A DNA stretch of 64,000 nt from Octopus bimaculoides (GCF_001194135.2 NC_068981.1:58944742-59008741); one strand, 5' to 3'; counted from the first letter of the stretch, positions 12,535-25,525 are shown. Numbers and translations: made by a program. The notes: generated by a model not told the origin, from the sequence alone.

Positions 12535-14789
12535 GGTATCCTTGATGCGTACAATGCAGCTCGTACCCGCACTAGTATCGCTAACCTCGAAGGGCTGCAA
12601 GTGACACGGGTTCACCCATTCCCTTAGATTCTGCATGTAAAGAAAGTTAGTCTTGTAACTCATGAAGTCAAAGAAGCATTACTTAATACATTCAGTCTTT
12701 ACGTGATGTATAAGTAGAAAGTTACCAAGACGGAAGTGCTAGAATATTACTATGTTAATGGTTTCAACCATTAAGACTTGGTCATATTGTGCAATATTGC
12801 AAGATAACAAAAACTTAACTGCATACTGTACCCAATGAAACTTAAGGGGATTGAGTCATTGGGAATAAACATTGAAACTATGTAACACCGCATGATGATA
12901 TGAACGGGTTAATGAGGTAGCTTATTAGTTTGCTTGAAATAACATCCAAATATCCTTCAAATCTACATATTAAAAGGTTACATTGGAGAATGTAGTTCGA
13001 AATACATTCTTCATAAAAGGGATGTCATGGTTCAAACATCTTTCATCGTTGGTATAGGTAGTCAAAGCCGGCTTGAGAGAAATAATAACAATAACAAAAG
13101 CAGTCTTGATATGAAAACTTTATGGATTTAATTAAATGGGACATTTTTCTTTTCATTGATTTAGGCTTAGACAATATCTGAATTTCTTTTAAACGAAATT
13201 GTTTTTCGTTGGAAATCCTATAGTATTTTCTGATACAAAGGATTATCTTCCAGTATAAATTAAAAATTGGTTTCTTTTTTCACTGTGCATTATATTTTAG
13301 CGAGGTGAGTAATGGTAAATTATAATATGACTTTCTTCCTCAGAAGCTTTAGCAGTGCTGTGTAAGTTAAGATAAAGTGGTTTCCAACTGAAATAAACCG
13401 GATCATAAGTCGATTAAATGCAGTTTGTTACTTGACACATAAGGCAATATAGACCATTAAATCGAGACACGTGTATCACTTATATCACCAACAACGGAGA
13501 GATGAAAAGCAAAGTCGGCTCTGGTGCCTACTCAATGGGAAATAATTCCGATATAGCTCAACAATGTTGTATTTTAGGAAACGATGACGGGTGATGCTTA
13601 TGAATTTCCTAATACTATTCAAATAAAATGTTTCTGACCGGTGATTGAAACCAAATTTCAGCCTCAACTTGCCAGGAGCAAGTTAACTTTTCCAATTAAA
13701 TATCTATTTCTGACTTAGAACAAGTTTTAGGAGGCGGTCATTTTTTTTCTCAACGCATTAGTATTGTTAAAAGACAAAATAGCTTCAAATTTAGATTAGT
13801 GCAATTGAAACAAAAGATTAGTTTCCTTTTAGCAAGCGAAATATCCCATTGATTTTAGAATGGGTCGAATGGAGAGATGAGTTAATGGAATGTTCGCGAT
13901 TTTCCAAACATCATTAGCAGTGGGAGGTGAAATTATTTCAATCGGATATTGGAACTGCTGTACAGTCTTGGTTCAGCGGAAATTATCTCTCTTATTTTTA
14001 CTATTTTTATTCTGGAAAGCGTAAGACATATGAGGTTGATGTGGTTAATGTTTATCTGGAACCTACTGGTCAATGTTTAGAAGGACGACATGAACTCAGC
14101 GATGTATGTTATTCAGAAGTGGTGTTGTGTGTTGATTTTGTTACTGTAAACCAACCCTGATCGACCAGGTCTATGATCAAAAACGTTCCAATTGAAGTGA
14201 TAATCTCATTTAGGTATAGGATATTAGATCTACTTTATGAAATATGTGTCCGTTTTTTTAAAGAGAATGTATGATTTGGTGGGATATTTGACTGCAAACT
14301 GAGCGACAGTTTAAAGGCTCTTACACTGGCTCGTGTTGTCAGTGTGCTTTCCATATAAATGTAATGGATGTTTCTTGTCACTGTTAGATGAAATTAAGTT
14401 GTCATATCTCAAATGAAGAATATTTTTCGAGTACACTCTTCATAGAAGTAATAACTATCTAGCTAGAAATTAGATTCTCAATGTATTCTTCGGTGAGAAG
14501 GATTAGATAAGTGATTAAGATGATTAAGGTAGTCTGGGGTTTTAGTCACAAACGGGCTCAAGAGTAAGGCAGGAGGGAGATTTGACTGTGTTTGGGTGAG
14601 GGTTCTACTTAATCTGCTAGTTCATATGATGGTAACAAATAGGACCGAAGAGATAGCACAATAGTGAGTAATGGATAGTTAACTTATTACTAGGGTCCTG
14701 GTTCTATTTCAGAATGTTTTGCGGTCTGTATCATAAAAGTGATGTCTAACTAAATATTAATGAGAGGTTTGATTAAATATCACTTTAAA

Positions 14790-15120
14790 TATTATTAGCC
14801 GGAAGGGTAATATTTGTTACCAAGAGTACCCAGTCTGTTGAATTGTCTGTAGTATATTTCTGGTATGAGAGTGCGGATGATCATGACCAAGTTGATGGGG
14901 GGTTTGTTGTCAAGCAGCGAAGAGACCGAAAGTTCCCATCTAACCAATGTGCTATGTGTTATTATGCTTGTGATCAAGACACTTTACTCTCAAATGACCC
15001 AGTCCACTTAGTTGCAAATAGGTACCATAGTGTAGAAACAACTTGCTGCTTTAAATATTGACCTCACTGTAATATTCATAAGTGGTTGATTTGCATCCGC
15101 TGCCAAGTTCAACTCTTCTC
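14790..15120 (-). mobile_element. Penelope-like element GIY-YIG endonuclease C-terminal relic
   Basis: Translation ...THS...ELSVSSLL...RQFNRLGTL...PSG resembles the H-S..DxxVxxL...IxxLxTLxPxGLN end of PLE GIY-YIG domains; several stops. Confidence 0.45.
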
Positions 15121-15943
15121 ACAGATTCCAGCAACCTTTGGCCCACAGATTCCAGCAACTTTTTCTCTAATGTAGTATTCCTTAGAATAATTGCGAGATC
15201 ATCTCATCAGCTGTATCCTTTCACATAACATTTTATGGCCTTACGAAAATGGATGGTTTAATGCAAATTTGACCCAATGTCATTAGGACACAAACGCTGA
15301 AAGACGAAATTGAATAATGTATTTAAAACGATACTTACTGTCTCAGTCATATATTAGAATATTTCTGTTATTGCTTATCCCCAAGTCTGTTCTGATCTAT
15401 CGGACTTATGTTTTTGGAGAGATATTAGGACTTTTTAAATCCTTTTCAAGACGGTAGAAATTGATTTTAGGGAGATTTGGCTGTTGTGTTTAGTCGGTCG
15501 AGCGATCACATGGAGATTCTCATGACTCATTTACATATTAATTCATTCTGAATAGGCGCATGAACGATGTTTTGTATTGAAGAATTTTAGTTTGTGCTTA
15601 ATTTTGTAAACTAGACTTCTGAAAATAGTTATTTTGATTTACACCCGCTTTTATTCGTAGATTCTGTTTACAAGAGAAAAACTCCACAGAATAGGAGATT
15701 TGGCAAACATTCATATATATTTTCTTCCATTTTTTTCAAACATACTCTGCTTCTCTCTTCAACTTTAGTAGACATAAACATGTATACATAGAAATGTCAG
15801 ATTATATATACATATATACATGCTTACATACAAAAAAATATACATGTTAGCAGACATTCATATGTCTTTTATATTTTTTCAAATACACTTTGCTTTTCTC
15901 TTTAATTCAGATAAACATAAATCTGTATACATGAAAGTGTCAG

Positions 15944-15945
<2 letters not shown>

Positions 15946-16039
<94 letters not shown>

Positions 16040-16052
16040 CACACACACACAC
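15946..16052. repeat. (CA)n microsatellite
   Basis: About 50 CA units. Comparable arrays at 25440-25522, 32399-32480, 39780-39842, 44085-44165 and 63660-63749. Confidence 0.95.
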
Positions 16053-16479
16053 AAAGACAAGATACATGCACATATACTTGTATACATCACTCCCTCGGCA
16101 TGAATTGACATTGCTTGGTGTGGAAGACATATTTGAATTTGCAATGAATACCATTTCTAACATTAAGTTTACAAGAATCAACCTTAAACAACTGTTTATT
16201 TTTCCGATCACATTCATTGAAGAAGTCTTTCATTCAAGACTGAAGCGATATTTGTCTCAGACTAGAGTTTACCATTCAGGGAATCACTACAAGCAACACG
16301 ATCGCCGGAAACGACAATAGCGCCAACAACTTTACAAAAAGAACCAAAGAAAGATAACATCGAAAGCGATAAACAAGATCCCATTCCATTCAGCGGTTGT
16401 TGATCCAGTGTAGAGCCTCACCCAAGGCTAAATATATTAAAACAAAGCAGTTACACTAAAATGAAGAAAAAAAAAATGG

Positions 16480-17360
16480 TTCAGAAATCAGCGGCTCACA
16501 ATGTTGTTTGCTGAACGCTTATTCATATCGATTGAACGTTAGATGAGATCCGAACCACGAAAATTAATAATCACCACCAGAAATTTTCATATCGATTGTG
16601 ATAGTTGCCACATTTACCTAAAGCAAAAACAAGGAGGCAGAAGTTAAACATCAATACAAACGGTCTTTGAATATCGTCTCATATCCCTTCAAAGGTATCT
16701 ACTAACCACCAAGCATCTGCGTCCAAGGATCAAGTCTCCATACATGGGATAAATACCATCGTTGGAGTTGGAAAGGAACTCCAGAGAAAGTAATCTATGA
16801 TTAATGTCCAGAGCTGCACAACCTGCGGACTTGCGCATCTCTACAGAAATATAACATCAGACAAAAAGATTCTCGCTTATCAGCAGAAGGCCATAACTGA
16901 CTAAGTTGTCAGAAAACAGTAACATTGCCAAACATGATAGTCAACAGTCTGTCTTGGATCATCGACATAAACTCTAACTTTGAAGAGTACGTTTTGGAAT
17001 TTCGGGAACAAGACATAACAACAAAATATCTAATGCCCCCCCCCCCACCAAACTAAGAATATAAATTAAATACCTAAGTCAGACAATTATTACAAAATCT
17101 GTACAATCAACACCGAAGATGTGATCCATATCATAAGCCGCTGTCCAACAATTTCATCACGATAATATCTTTCTATGAGATATAAGGTAGCGGATGAAAA
17201 ACAATACAATACAATCTGCAAAACAGATAGTGCAGAAGATCAGAATATAAGAATTACTGTGATGTAGAGGGTATAATAGGAAAGAAAAATGCCATAGTGT
17301 AATTGACAAAACCACTGTAGAAATTGAAGCAAAATAGGTCAACTGTAATGGAACAAAGAA
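16480..17360 (+). mobile_element. R4/Dong-like (restriction-like endonuclease clade) non-LTR retrotransposon C-terminal relic
   Basis: NFHIDCDSCHIYLKQKQGGRS, FREQDITTKYL and the CCHC-finger region YKICTINTEDVIHIISRCP..SSR*YLSMRYKVA; multiple stops and frameshifts. Confidence 0.75.
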
Positions 17361-17714
17361 AGTATGTACAGTAGTGGAAACAATTTGTCCTCAAAAGCTC
17401 ATTATGCTAATGATGAAAGGAAAAGGAAATATATATTCTGAATTAAGGAGAAACTTGCAAAATCCACACCTGATCTCACGATTTATACTCGATATTGTTG
17501 AAGTGTTTGCTTATGTAGCTAACTATCTCAGCACAGCTGTCTTCACTAGACATCAAAGAACCCAGCTAATTAAGAAATAATCATCACAAGCCATTAACGG
17601 AATTGAGAAAATACGTAAAACGTCAGAAGTTTAGTCCAAAGCATGTATACTTATAGATATACAAAAGATATGTTTAAATAAACCTAAACACAAGACTCAT
17701 GTAACGACAGGCAT

Positions 17715-18045
17715 GTATGTATGCACCTGCATGCGCGGATATATGCACATACATACATACATACATACATACATACATACATACATACATACATGCATAC
17801 ATACATACATACATACATATATGCATTCATACATAGATACATGATACATGCATACATACATGTATGCATACATGCATGCATACATACATACATACATTCA
17901 TACATATATGCATGCATGCATAAATACTTATATGTATGCATATATACATATATACATAAATGTATACATACGTACATACATACATGCATACATGCATACA
18001 TTCATAGATATATACATACATACATACATATATGCATGCATACAT
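17715..18045. repeat. Compound (TACA)n/(TGCA)n/(TA)n microsatellite
   Basis: Direct reading; it generates the YIHT/CMYV pseudo-ORFs. Similar arrays at 26888-27170 and 53521-53700. Confidence 0.95.
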
Positions 18046-18268
18046 GAGTTCCTAGTTAATGTCAAAATTACAATGTCGAACCTTGGTTCTNNNNNNNNNN
18101 NNNNNNNNNNNNNNNNNNNNNNNNNNNNNNNNNNNNNNNNNNNNNNNNNNNNNNNNNNNNNNNNNNNNNNNNNNNNNNNNNNNNNNNNNNNNNNNNNNNN
18201 NNNNNNNNNNNNNNNNNNNNNNNNNNNNNNNNNNNNNNNNNNNNNNNNNNNNNNNNNNNNNNNNNNNN

Positions 18269-18312
<44 letters not shown>

Positions 18313-18896
18313 ACACACACACACACATGTATGCTTTTGTGGAGAGAAAGAGAGAGTGGGTGGATGGACGCTGGCCCTTTTCTCCCTTGGTTTGATTCTG
18401 TTGAAAAGGATCGCTTATGGTTTTATTGGAGGCTATGGAAAAACCACGTGGTTAATATTCTTGAAAAGTTGCTATTAGCAGCCAAACCTTCTGAACTAAT
18501 GCTCCACCGTCTTAAAAAAAGACACATTAGATGTCCCTGATATAGAAAATGAAAGGGATATGGTCATGGCTGGAGCGTGTTTTGTCTTAAACCCGATCGA
18601 TTAGAGCTGATTTGATGTTTTTCAATAGCAAAAACAACAACCACTTCAGAGATAGTTAGCTTGTATGCTTTCACTAGTATTGAGCCGAAATTATTATAAG
18701 GTCAAAAGCAGAAAGCTGCAACATAGGAACGTTAGGAACTACTCAGCATTGTAAAAGAGGCACTAATTATATCACTCACTAGTGTTTAGTACTAAGTTTA
18801 ATCAGTGTATTGTTCGTGTCTTGGAACCCTACACGAAGACCAAGGACTTCAATGAGTGAATCCATTCAAGAGGTTTGGATCAACTACCAACATCCT

Positions 18897-18934
<38 letters not shown>

Positions 18935-19103
18935 TTGGACATTCCCATACAAACATGTACACACAATGTGTATGTTTGTGTGTAGATATCCATGCATTTA
19001 CATATTTGTTCTTTTCCTGCCTATATTTACGTATTTGAAAGCATATATATCTATCACATACATATATGAGTATATAATAGCTCCATATTACACATATTTG
19101 TAA

Positions 19104-20566
19104 TATACGAGATATGATCAATAAGTATCCGGATTTGTACTATAAAAACAAAACTACAGCACGTACCAATTTGGCATTTAATCTCCTTCAAAGTAGTCCC
19201 CTTTGGAAGCCACATACTTAATCCAGCATTGTTTCCATTGATGGAAGCATTCCTGGAACTCGTTTCTCGGATAATCGGCAGCTGCCTCCTCGCGTTCACT
19301 TTGATTTCCTCGACGTCCTGAAATCTTCCTTTCAAGTGGGATTTGATTTTTGGAAAGAGGAAAAAGTCTAAAGGGGTGAGATCTGGGGAATACGGGGGCT
19401 ATCGGACCTGAGGAATGCTGTGCCTAACCAAAAACTGCTGCACAAGCTGCGCTGAATGGGAAAGTGCGTTGTCATGGTAAAATTGCCGCTCACCGGACGC
19501 ATGCAATTGTGGCCTTTTCCGACGAATAGCATCCCGCAAACGCCGCAAAACGTCACGGTAGTACTCCTTGTTTACTGTCTGACTAGGTGGAGCATACTCA
19601 TGATGAACAATCCCCTTGTAGTCGAAGAAAACGGTCAACAGTGTCTTTGCTGTGTCTCGCCCCCAGGCGAAGAAGTAGGATCTCCCAAGACATATAAATA
19701 GAGGTAGTCTGGCCGTGGTAGGTGTGTTGAGTAGCAGTCGAGTAGTAGTTGTGTAGCGGGTGAGTAGAGATCATCCGAAGGTGCCAGATAGCAGTAGCTT
19801 GAGACATAACAGTCTTTATATTGCGTCGGTCTCGGAGACGTTGGGCTCTTCCACTGAGCCTTTGGTTCGGGATCATAGCCATAGACCCACGATTCATCCG
19901 TTATGACCGTTTTCAAAAAGTTTTCATCGTTCTCGACACAATCAAGGAGATTTTGTGCAACTGAAACCCGAGTGTCTTTTTAGTCAGCTGAAAGCAGTTT
20001 TGGCACAAACTTGGAAGACACATGTCTTTTATTCAAATCTTCAGTGATAATGGACTGAACTGAACCGTAACTAATCATCACATCCTCTGATAACTCACGG
20101 ATGGTGAATCTACGATTTCACCTCACAGCTGCAGGCATATCTGCGATATTTTTCTCAATTCTGCTGGTTGCGGGTCTCCCAGAACGTTCGTTACTATAAA
20201 TATTTTTTTTTCGGCCATCTTAGAAACGTCTTAACCACTTGTACACTTGTGTGCGGCTCATGCACTCTTCTCCATACACTTTCTGCAACTTTGAGTAGGC
20301 TTCTGAGTAGGTATCACGAAGCTTTTGACAAAATTTGATGCAGAATTCTCTGCTCAGCTTTCTCTGTCATGGTCAATGCGACAATCACATGCTACACATG
20401 TTCCTTCCATGTACTGCTGTAAACAGGGTAAGTGAGCTAGAACGCTAAAACTTAGTGCGCATGCACAGCAGAGTTCAAAGTCAATCCGTGCAAAGCAGCT
20501 TTATTCTGCATGCTTTAGCGTCGTTACTTTGGCAACAGTCTGGATACTTATTGATCAAACCACGTA
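19104..20566 (-). mobile_element. Full-length degenerate mariner (DD34D) transposon with TIRs and TA TSD
   Basis: TIRs ta-cgagatatgatcaataagtatccgga (19104-19131) and tggatacttattgatcaaaccacg-ta (20541-20566). Transposase motifs VITDESWVYGYDPE, TVFFDYKGIVHHEY, FYHDNALSH, KGRFQDVEEIK; interrupted by a solo LTR. Confidence 0.93.
19648..19811 (+). mobile_element. 164-bp solo LTR nested in the mariner transposase
   Basis: Starts TG and ends CA; imperfect 11-bp terminal inverted repeats (tgctgtgtctc / gagacataaca, 9/11); 5-bp TSD GTCTT at 19643-19647 and 19812-19816; TATA-like tataaata at 19693-19700. Confidence 0.75.
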
Positions 20567-21599
20567 TATGAATAATTGATGCATATATTTGAAATTATTA
20601 TGAGCGACATTAAGCGGAGGAAAGACAGAAATGACTGGAGGACCTAAAAAGAACCAACGAACTTTTGATACTCAAGGTAGCTTCTTCGTGTGTGTTGTGG
20701 AAAACAACGATCGAAAGTAGAGGATACCTACAGTTCAAGCAATTACCGTTCCGTTGCAAGTAACGTTATAAAATGATGTATACAGAATGCTATTTTGAGC
20801 TATTACTGTATCCATTGCTTACAACGAATTTTTTTTTACCTAGCCTGCTGGTCTTTTGTAACATCAGAGATTTGTTAATTAGTTTTTTTTTTTATATATC
20901 AGTAGAAGGTAAATTTGTCTAAGCATGCGATTGCTAGTGGATACTTTATTATGCTACTGATGACACTAAAAGAAGCATAAATCTAGATTTAGCAATTTCA
21001 CTGCCGCTGCTGAACACTTTCCGTCTGCTACTGATATACTTATGTATTCTTTAGTACTACACGTTTATACGAAAAGCTTCCTCGAGACGAATACTGTAGT
21101 TGTCTTGCTTTCTACAGTATATCCTTGTTAAGTAAGATATACAGAATGCTTTAATAAAATAGTTGTTGTTCCAGTTATGCGAAGGATAAACACGTCATGG
21201 CCTACACTTGTTGTTTTAAATATACAGTGTCTCTATGAAAAGTATATTTCACTCATCAATACCCAGTTTAGGATGCAGTTTGTACAACAGTCTGAACATT
21301 TTGTATTCTACCTACTAATCGGGAGGTGGTGATTACAATTCGTATATTGATGGTTTAGAGACTTCAAATGCCAGGATCGGGGCACGGTCGAATATATCGA
21401 CTCTGAAAGCAAAGTAAACTTCAGTGGGAAATCTATTCCTTTGTAAAAAGCGGTTGATTTTACTTACTGATGTGGAAAGAAGGAGGTATCACATATCCTT
21501 CATTGCTGACAACCCCTAAAACCATGACAGTTGCGGGAAATTTTGTATGCATAACACTTGGAACTTCAGAAGGGTCTGCACGTAACCACGTGTCATTTC

Positions 21600-22200
21600 T
21601 TCTGTTAACTTTTTGATCTTAATCGAAGTTTTTCTCGTTTGAGAAAAAACAAATTAAATCTTTTTCTGCTAGATTTTTCAGTTTGTTTAAGAGCCTTTTA
21701 GATCTGATGTAGTGATTTTCTTTTGCTTTTTCGGACAAATTGACGTTTCCTCATCATATAAGACTTATATCTAATGTCTTCATGGACTACATTTCTGACT
21801 GTTCCTTCTGACACATCGAGATCTTTTGCAATTGACCTCATGGACTTTCTGGGATTGTAATCAATGGTTTGTTGAACCTGCTGGATAAATTCAGGTGTTC
21901 TGATGATTTTAGAGCGTTTAGAATGCTTTTTTATGCTTTGATACTGGCGATACATTTCCATCTTCAGTCTCTAGCTCCTTACAAACTTTGTAGACGAAAG
22001 ATCTGGCAACATTTTAAACTCGAGATATTTCTAAATCCCTATACTCAGCCTTTATAACCAAAATAACAGCATGCCTCTCCATTTCTTGAGTAAGCTGTGG
22101 GTCTGCCATTATCATTTTCTGAAACAAATATACAGAGTTAGAAAAAATGCAGCAATGACCCCAAAAAAGGTATGTCCTCAAATAACTTACGCACCCTGTA
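21600..22200 (-). mobile_element. Tc1/mariner-superfamily 5' half (TIR plus HTH region)
   Basis: Terminus tacagggtgcgtaagttatttg inserted at a (TA)n tract; HTH region RTPEFIQQVQQTIDYNPRKSMRSIAKDLDVSEGTVRNVVHEDIRYKSY. Confidence 0.8.
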
Positions 22201-22221
22201 TATATATATATATATATATAT

Positions 22222-22712
22222 CAGTTTGAAACAAACCGCTCTTCTCGGTGAAGACGATCGTATAGATTTCCAACATACAGGATACACCATTATAATTTTT
22301 TAACAAATTTTTCATCAGTACTAGAGACTAAAATAATTATATTGCTTCTCTGTGCTATTTGTATGGCAGAATGAATTTAGGGGAAAATACTTAAAGCCTA
22401 CTATAATTTAGAGTGACAGAAAAAAATGGGAGTCAAGAAATAGGAATGGCTACATTCATCTTTATCCTTATCACATTCAAAATACTCAATGCAGCATGTA
22501 GTTTACAACCCTTTAAAGCCTACTATAGTAGGCTTTAAGTATTTTTTTCCCCTAAATTCATTCTGCCACAAAAATAGCAAAGAGAAGCAATGTAATTATT
22601 TTAGTCTCTAGTACTGCTGAAAATTTTTTTTTTTAAATTATAATTGTGTATCCTATATGCTGGAAATCTATATGGTCATCTGCACCCGACGAGACCAGTT
22701 TATTTCAAATTG
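22222..22712. repeat. Long foldback inverted repeat (~185-bp arms) with apical insert
   Basis: 22222-22404 is the reverse complement of about 22526-22712 (e.g. cagtactagagactaaaataatt / aattattttagtctctagtactg). There is a perfect palindrome ttaaagcctactatagtaggctttaa at 22513-22538. Confidence 0.9.
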
Positions 22713-22767
22713 ATGTAATGTTTTTATTGATCGATAAAACGGAGCTGCTTGAAACGGCCGTAATACA
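22681..22767 (+). ncRNA. Degenerate type I hammerhead ribozyme candidate
   Basis: CCGACGA 22686-22692; helix II GACCAGTT/AGCTGCTT (7/8 including G-U); GAAA 22751-22754; palindrome ACGGCCGT; GUA triplet. Helix I is weak (TGCAC vs ATACA, two C-A mismatches). Confidence 0.45.
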
Positions 22768-22994
22768 CTGATACCTGAACATCCTTGTTATTTGCTTTTT
22801 ATTCACCTAACTTCGAGCTGTGCCGACCATACTGGACACACACACATAGATGTATACATGCATGCACACATACATATATATGTATACATCTTTCTCGCCT
22901 TCTTTCCCACACATTCCTTCCTCCACTCTCTCCCCTCTCACTTTTGCCCCACTTTTCACTCACTCACTCATGAACAAGCAAAATTATAATATAA

Positions 22995-23070
22995 TTAACA
23001 TCACGATCAGCATCATCATGATCAGCATCATCATCATCAGCATCATCATCATCAGCATCATCATCATCAT
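22995..23070. repeat. (CAT)n with periodic CAG interruptions
   Basis: catcatcatcagcatcatcatcatcag pattern. Confidence 0.9.
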
Positions 23071-23349
23071 TCTGCTCCTTATGAAAAATCTGTCCAAATC
23101 AATGTCAGCATAAAAATTGGATGCTGAGCGAACGAAGGAATACATAAATAACAAATAAATAAGTACAGAAATAAAGTAAAAATACACATAAATTAATGTA
23201 TACTTATTTTAGTATAAAAGGTTGTTCTGCATGCAGAGATGAGGCAGAGGCGGAGAGAGGAGGTCATGAATGAGAAGAGATGGAAGGAGAAAAGTTCTTC
23301 TGTAGGAGTTGAAGATTATATCGCTGCTGCAGAATGTCTTATCATATTC

Positions 23350-24620
23350 GGGAAAAGAGGAATCCAGGGTAGACTACTTTAAACTGGATTCTAGAATTTT
23401 CCAAAGGTAGAGCATCATTGTGTCATTGAAGCAATTCAGGCTCAGCTAAACAGTATCCGTATCAAGGTGATATTCCTTAACCAGTTTAGAGATATTATTC
23501 CGAGAGAACAACTTTTAGAGACACTCATTTGGTCTCCCTTATTCCTCGCTCATCTGCATTAGAAAATATGCAATCTTCACTGCTTTTGCAGTGCTGAGTT
23601 CACTCCTGTGCACCGCCACTAATTCTTCAATATCCAGATCCATAGAATTGCTCAAACTATTTCATACACAGCAGGCTCTCCTATTTCTTCAAGGCCTTTA
23701 AAATATCTTGGAGGTACAGCTTTAGACATTAACGACCTCTAAGAAGCACGTAAACAATGTACTGAAACTTCCTCTTAAGATGCTACAACCATTAGCACAG
23801 CATCAACAATATTAAAGTGACTTTTCCAAAAGCGCTTCAGTGCCATATCACTGGAAGAAGTGATATGACAATGAAGAGAATCCTCGTATAGAGTTTTATA
23901 AAATTAGAAATAATTTTCAGGTCCATGCGCTTGAGAACCGAAGCTGTGTTGGAAGACAAGAAATGCACTTGTACAAAATGAAATTGTTCGGTAATTGGTT
24001 CATCAAATATACAAAGAAGATGGGCCGAGATATTCTCAATGACCAAAAGTGTAAGAGTGTTGTTCGTGAAGTATTCACGCACAGATGGACTAAACACCCC
24101 AGACCACCACTTAATGAAAAGATCTCTGGTCACCAAAGCCCTGTGGTTTGACCACTACGAAGCTCTAAGACGGTTCTTATGACTGTTTCTGAATGATCTG
24201 CTGTTTTCTAAATGGTAAAGGAGGAAAGGGTTTTATCTTACAATCCCCAGAAGCATTCGCCCAAAGAAGTAAGGTTTACCGGCCCTTCATCGGCTTGCGG
24301 CCTGGCACTTGAACTCTCCTCCTTTATGATATATTTTCTACAAGGCATCTTCCTCCTCAAGAGCTGCGTTTCATCACCTGCTTTGAAACGAAGCCCCCTT
24401 TTCAATAATGTTTAAAAACACAGCGTCGTACACACGAGCTGCTTTATAGTCTGCACTGGCAGACTCATCATGCTTCACAACACCATGTAATCCATTTCTT
24501 TTTCGGAATCTGGTACATCAACCATCTGAAACAAGGAAGTCCAGCGCTGCAAAACTACTTCCACTGGGAGAATTCGTTCTCAAATCATTAAACAGCTGTT
24601 AGGCATTTACATAATTTTAT
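23350..24620 (-). mobile_element. pogo/Tigger-like (CENP-B/DDE_1) transposase relic
   Basis: Segments resembling GWxxRFRKRNGLHGVVKH.ESASAD, KMPCRKYIIKEE, LTLLLWANASG, VTRDLFIKW..VFSPSVREY, VQVHFLSSNTASVLKRMDLKIISNFIKLYT; many stops. Confidence 0.85.
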
Positions 24621-25438
24621 CGATTCACTTATACTATCACAAGGAACTTATATTTAAACCACACCAAAAGTGAACTTGTCATATCTTCAACAAAGTTGCT
24701 ACGTGATTTACTAACCTTGGTCATTTCCTTAGATACCTACACACTTTTAAATTTATTCTTGCATTTTAGTGTAGTGCAGATTGTTGATTTTGCTACTCAG
24801 TACTCTGAACTAATGTTGCTAGCACTAGTCCCATTTTCTTGGTTACATATTATTTCCCCCATATTTTCGATGGTAATTGACTTCTAACTCTCTTCTGCTG
24901 ACCCATGGTTATGTTTGTAACATTGGCTACTGAAGATGCACGGTACGCTGAAATCAGGTGATCTGGTAGTTCCAGCGCCCATGTCAGACGGTTCTCTTCC
25001 GCTACTATATATGTTTGTGTTCTTAGCACCGTACGTCTATAAGAGAAGATCTCTCAAGGCGAATGTCGCAGTATTCAGCGTTCTAGTAATATATCCACAT
25101 TAAGTAAGATATAAAGATTGCCATTCGATATTAATACTGCTTCCGTCGCAAATATATATGAAATATATATATATGATTAAAAAATATTGTTCTAAATGAA
25201 ATTTTAAAATTTATAATCTACATGAAATGTGTATATAGACGTTAACGAACCGCTCAGATATGCTCTTCTAGCCACTTATATGCATGTATAGTCTGTTCGT
25301 CGTTCGTTGATCAAAGTTCGTTACGTGAGTTAACTTTTCTACAGAAAAGCCATGCTTTATTCAATTTGTTTGTTTAGAGAAAAAATCCTATTTGAGTACC
25401 CAGTATAGCTGCCGATCTCAAGCTTAAACTGGGAAAAG

Positions 25439-25525
<87 letters not shown>

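Noticed and set aside
14412-14445. Minus-strand atgaaga-gtgtactc-gaaaaatattc hammerhead-like motif near a PLE relic
   Set aside because: C3/U4 are missing, helix II and III registers do not fit, and the putative core pairs with downstream tcttcat instead.
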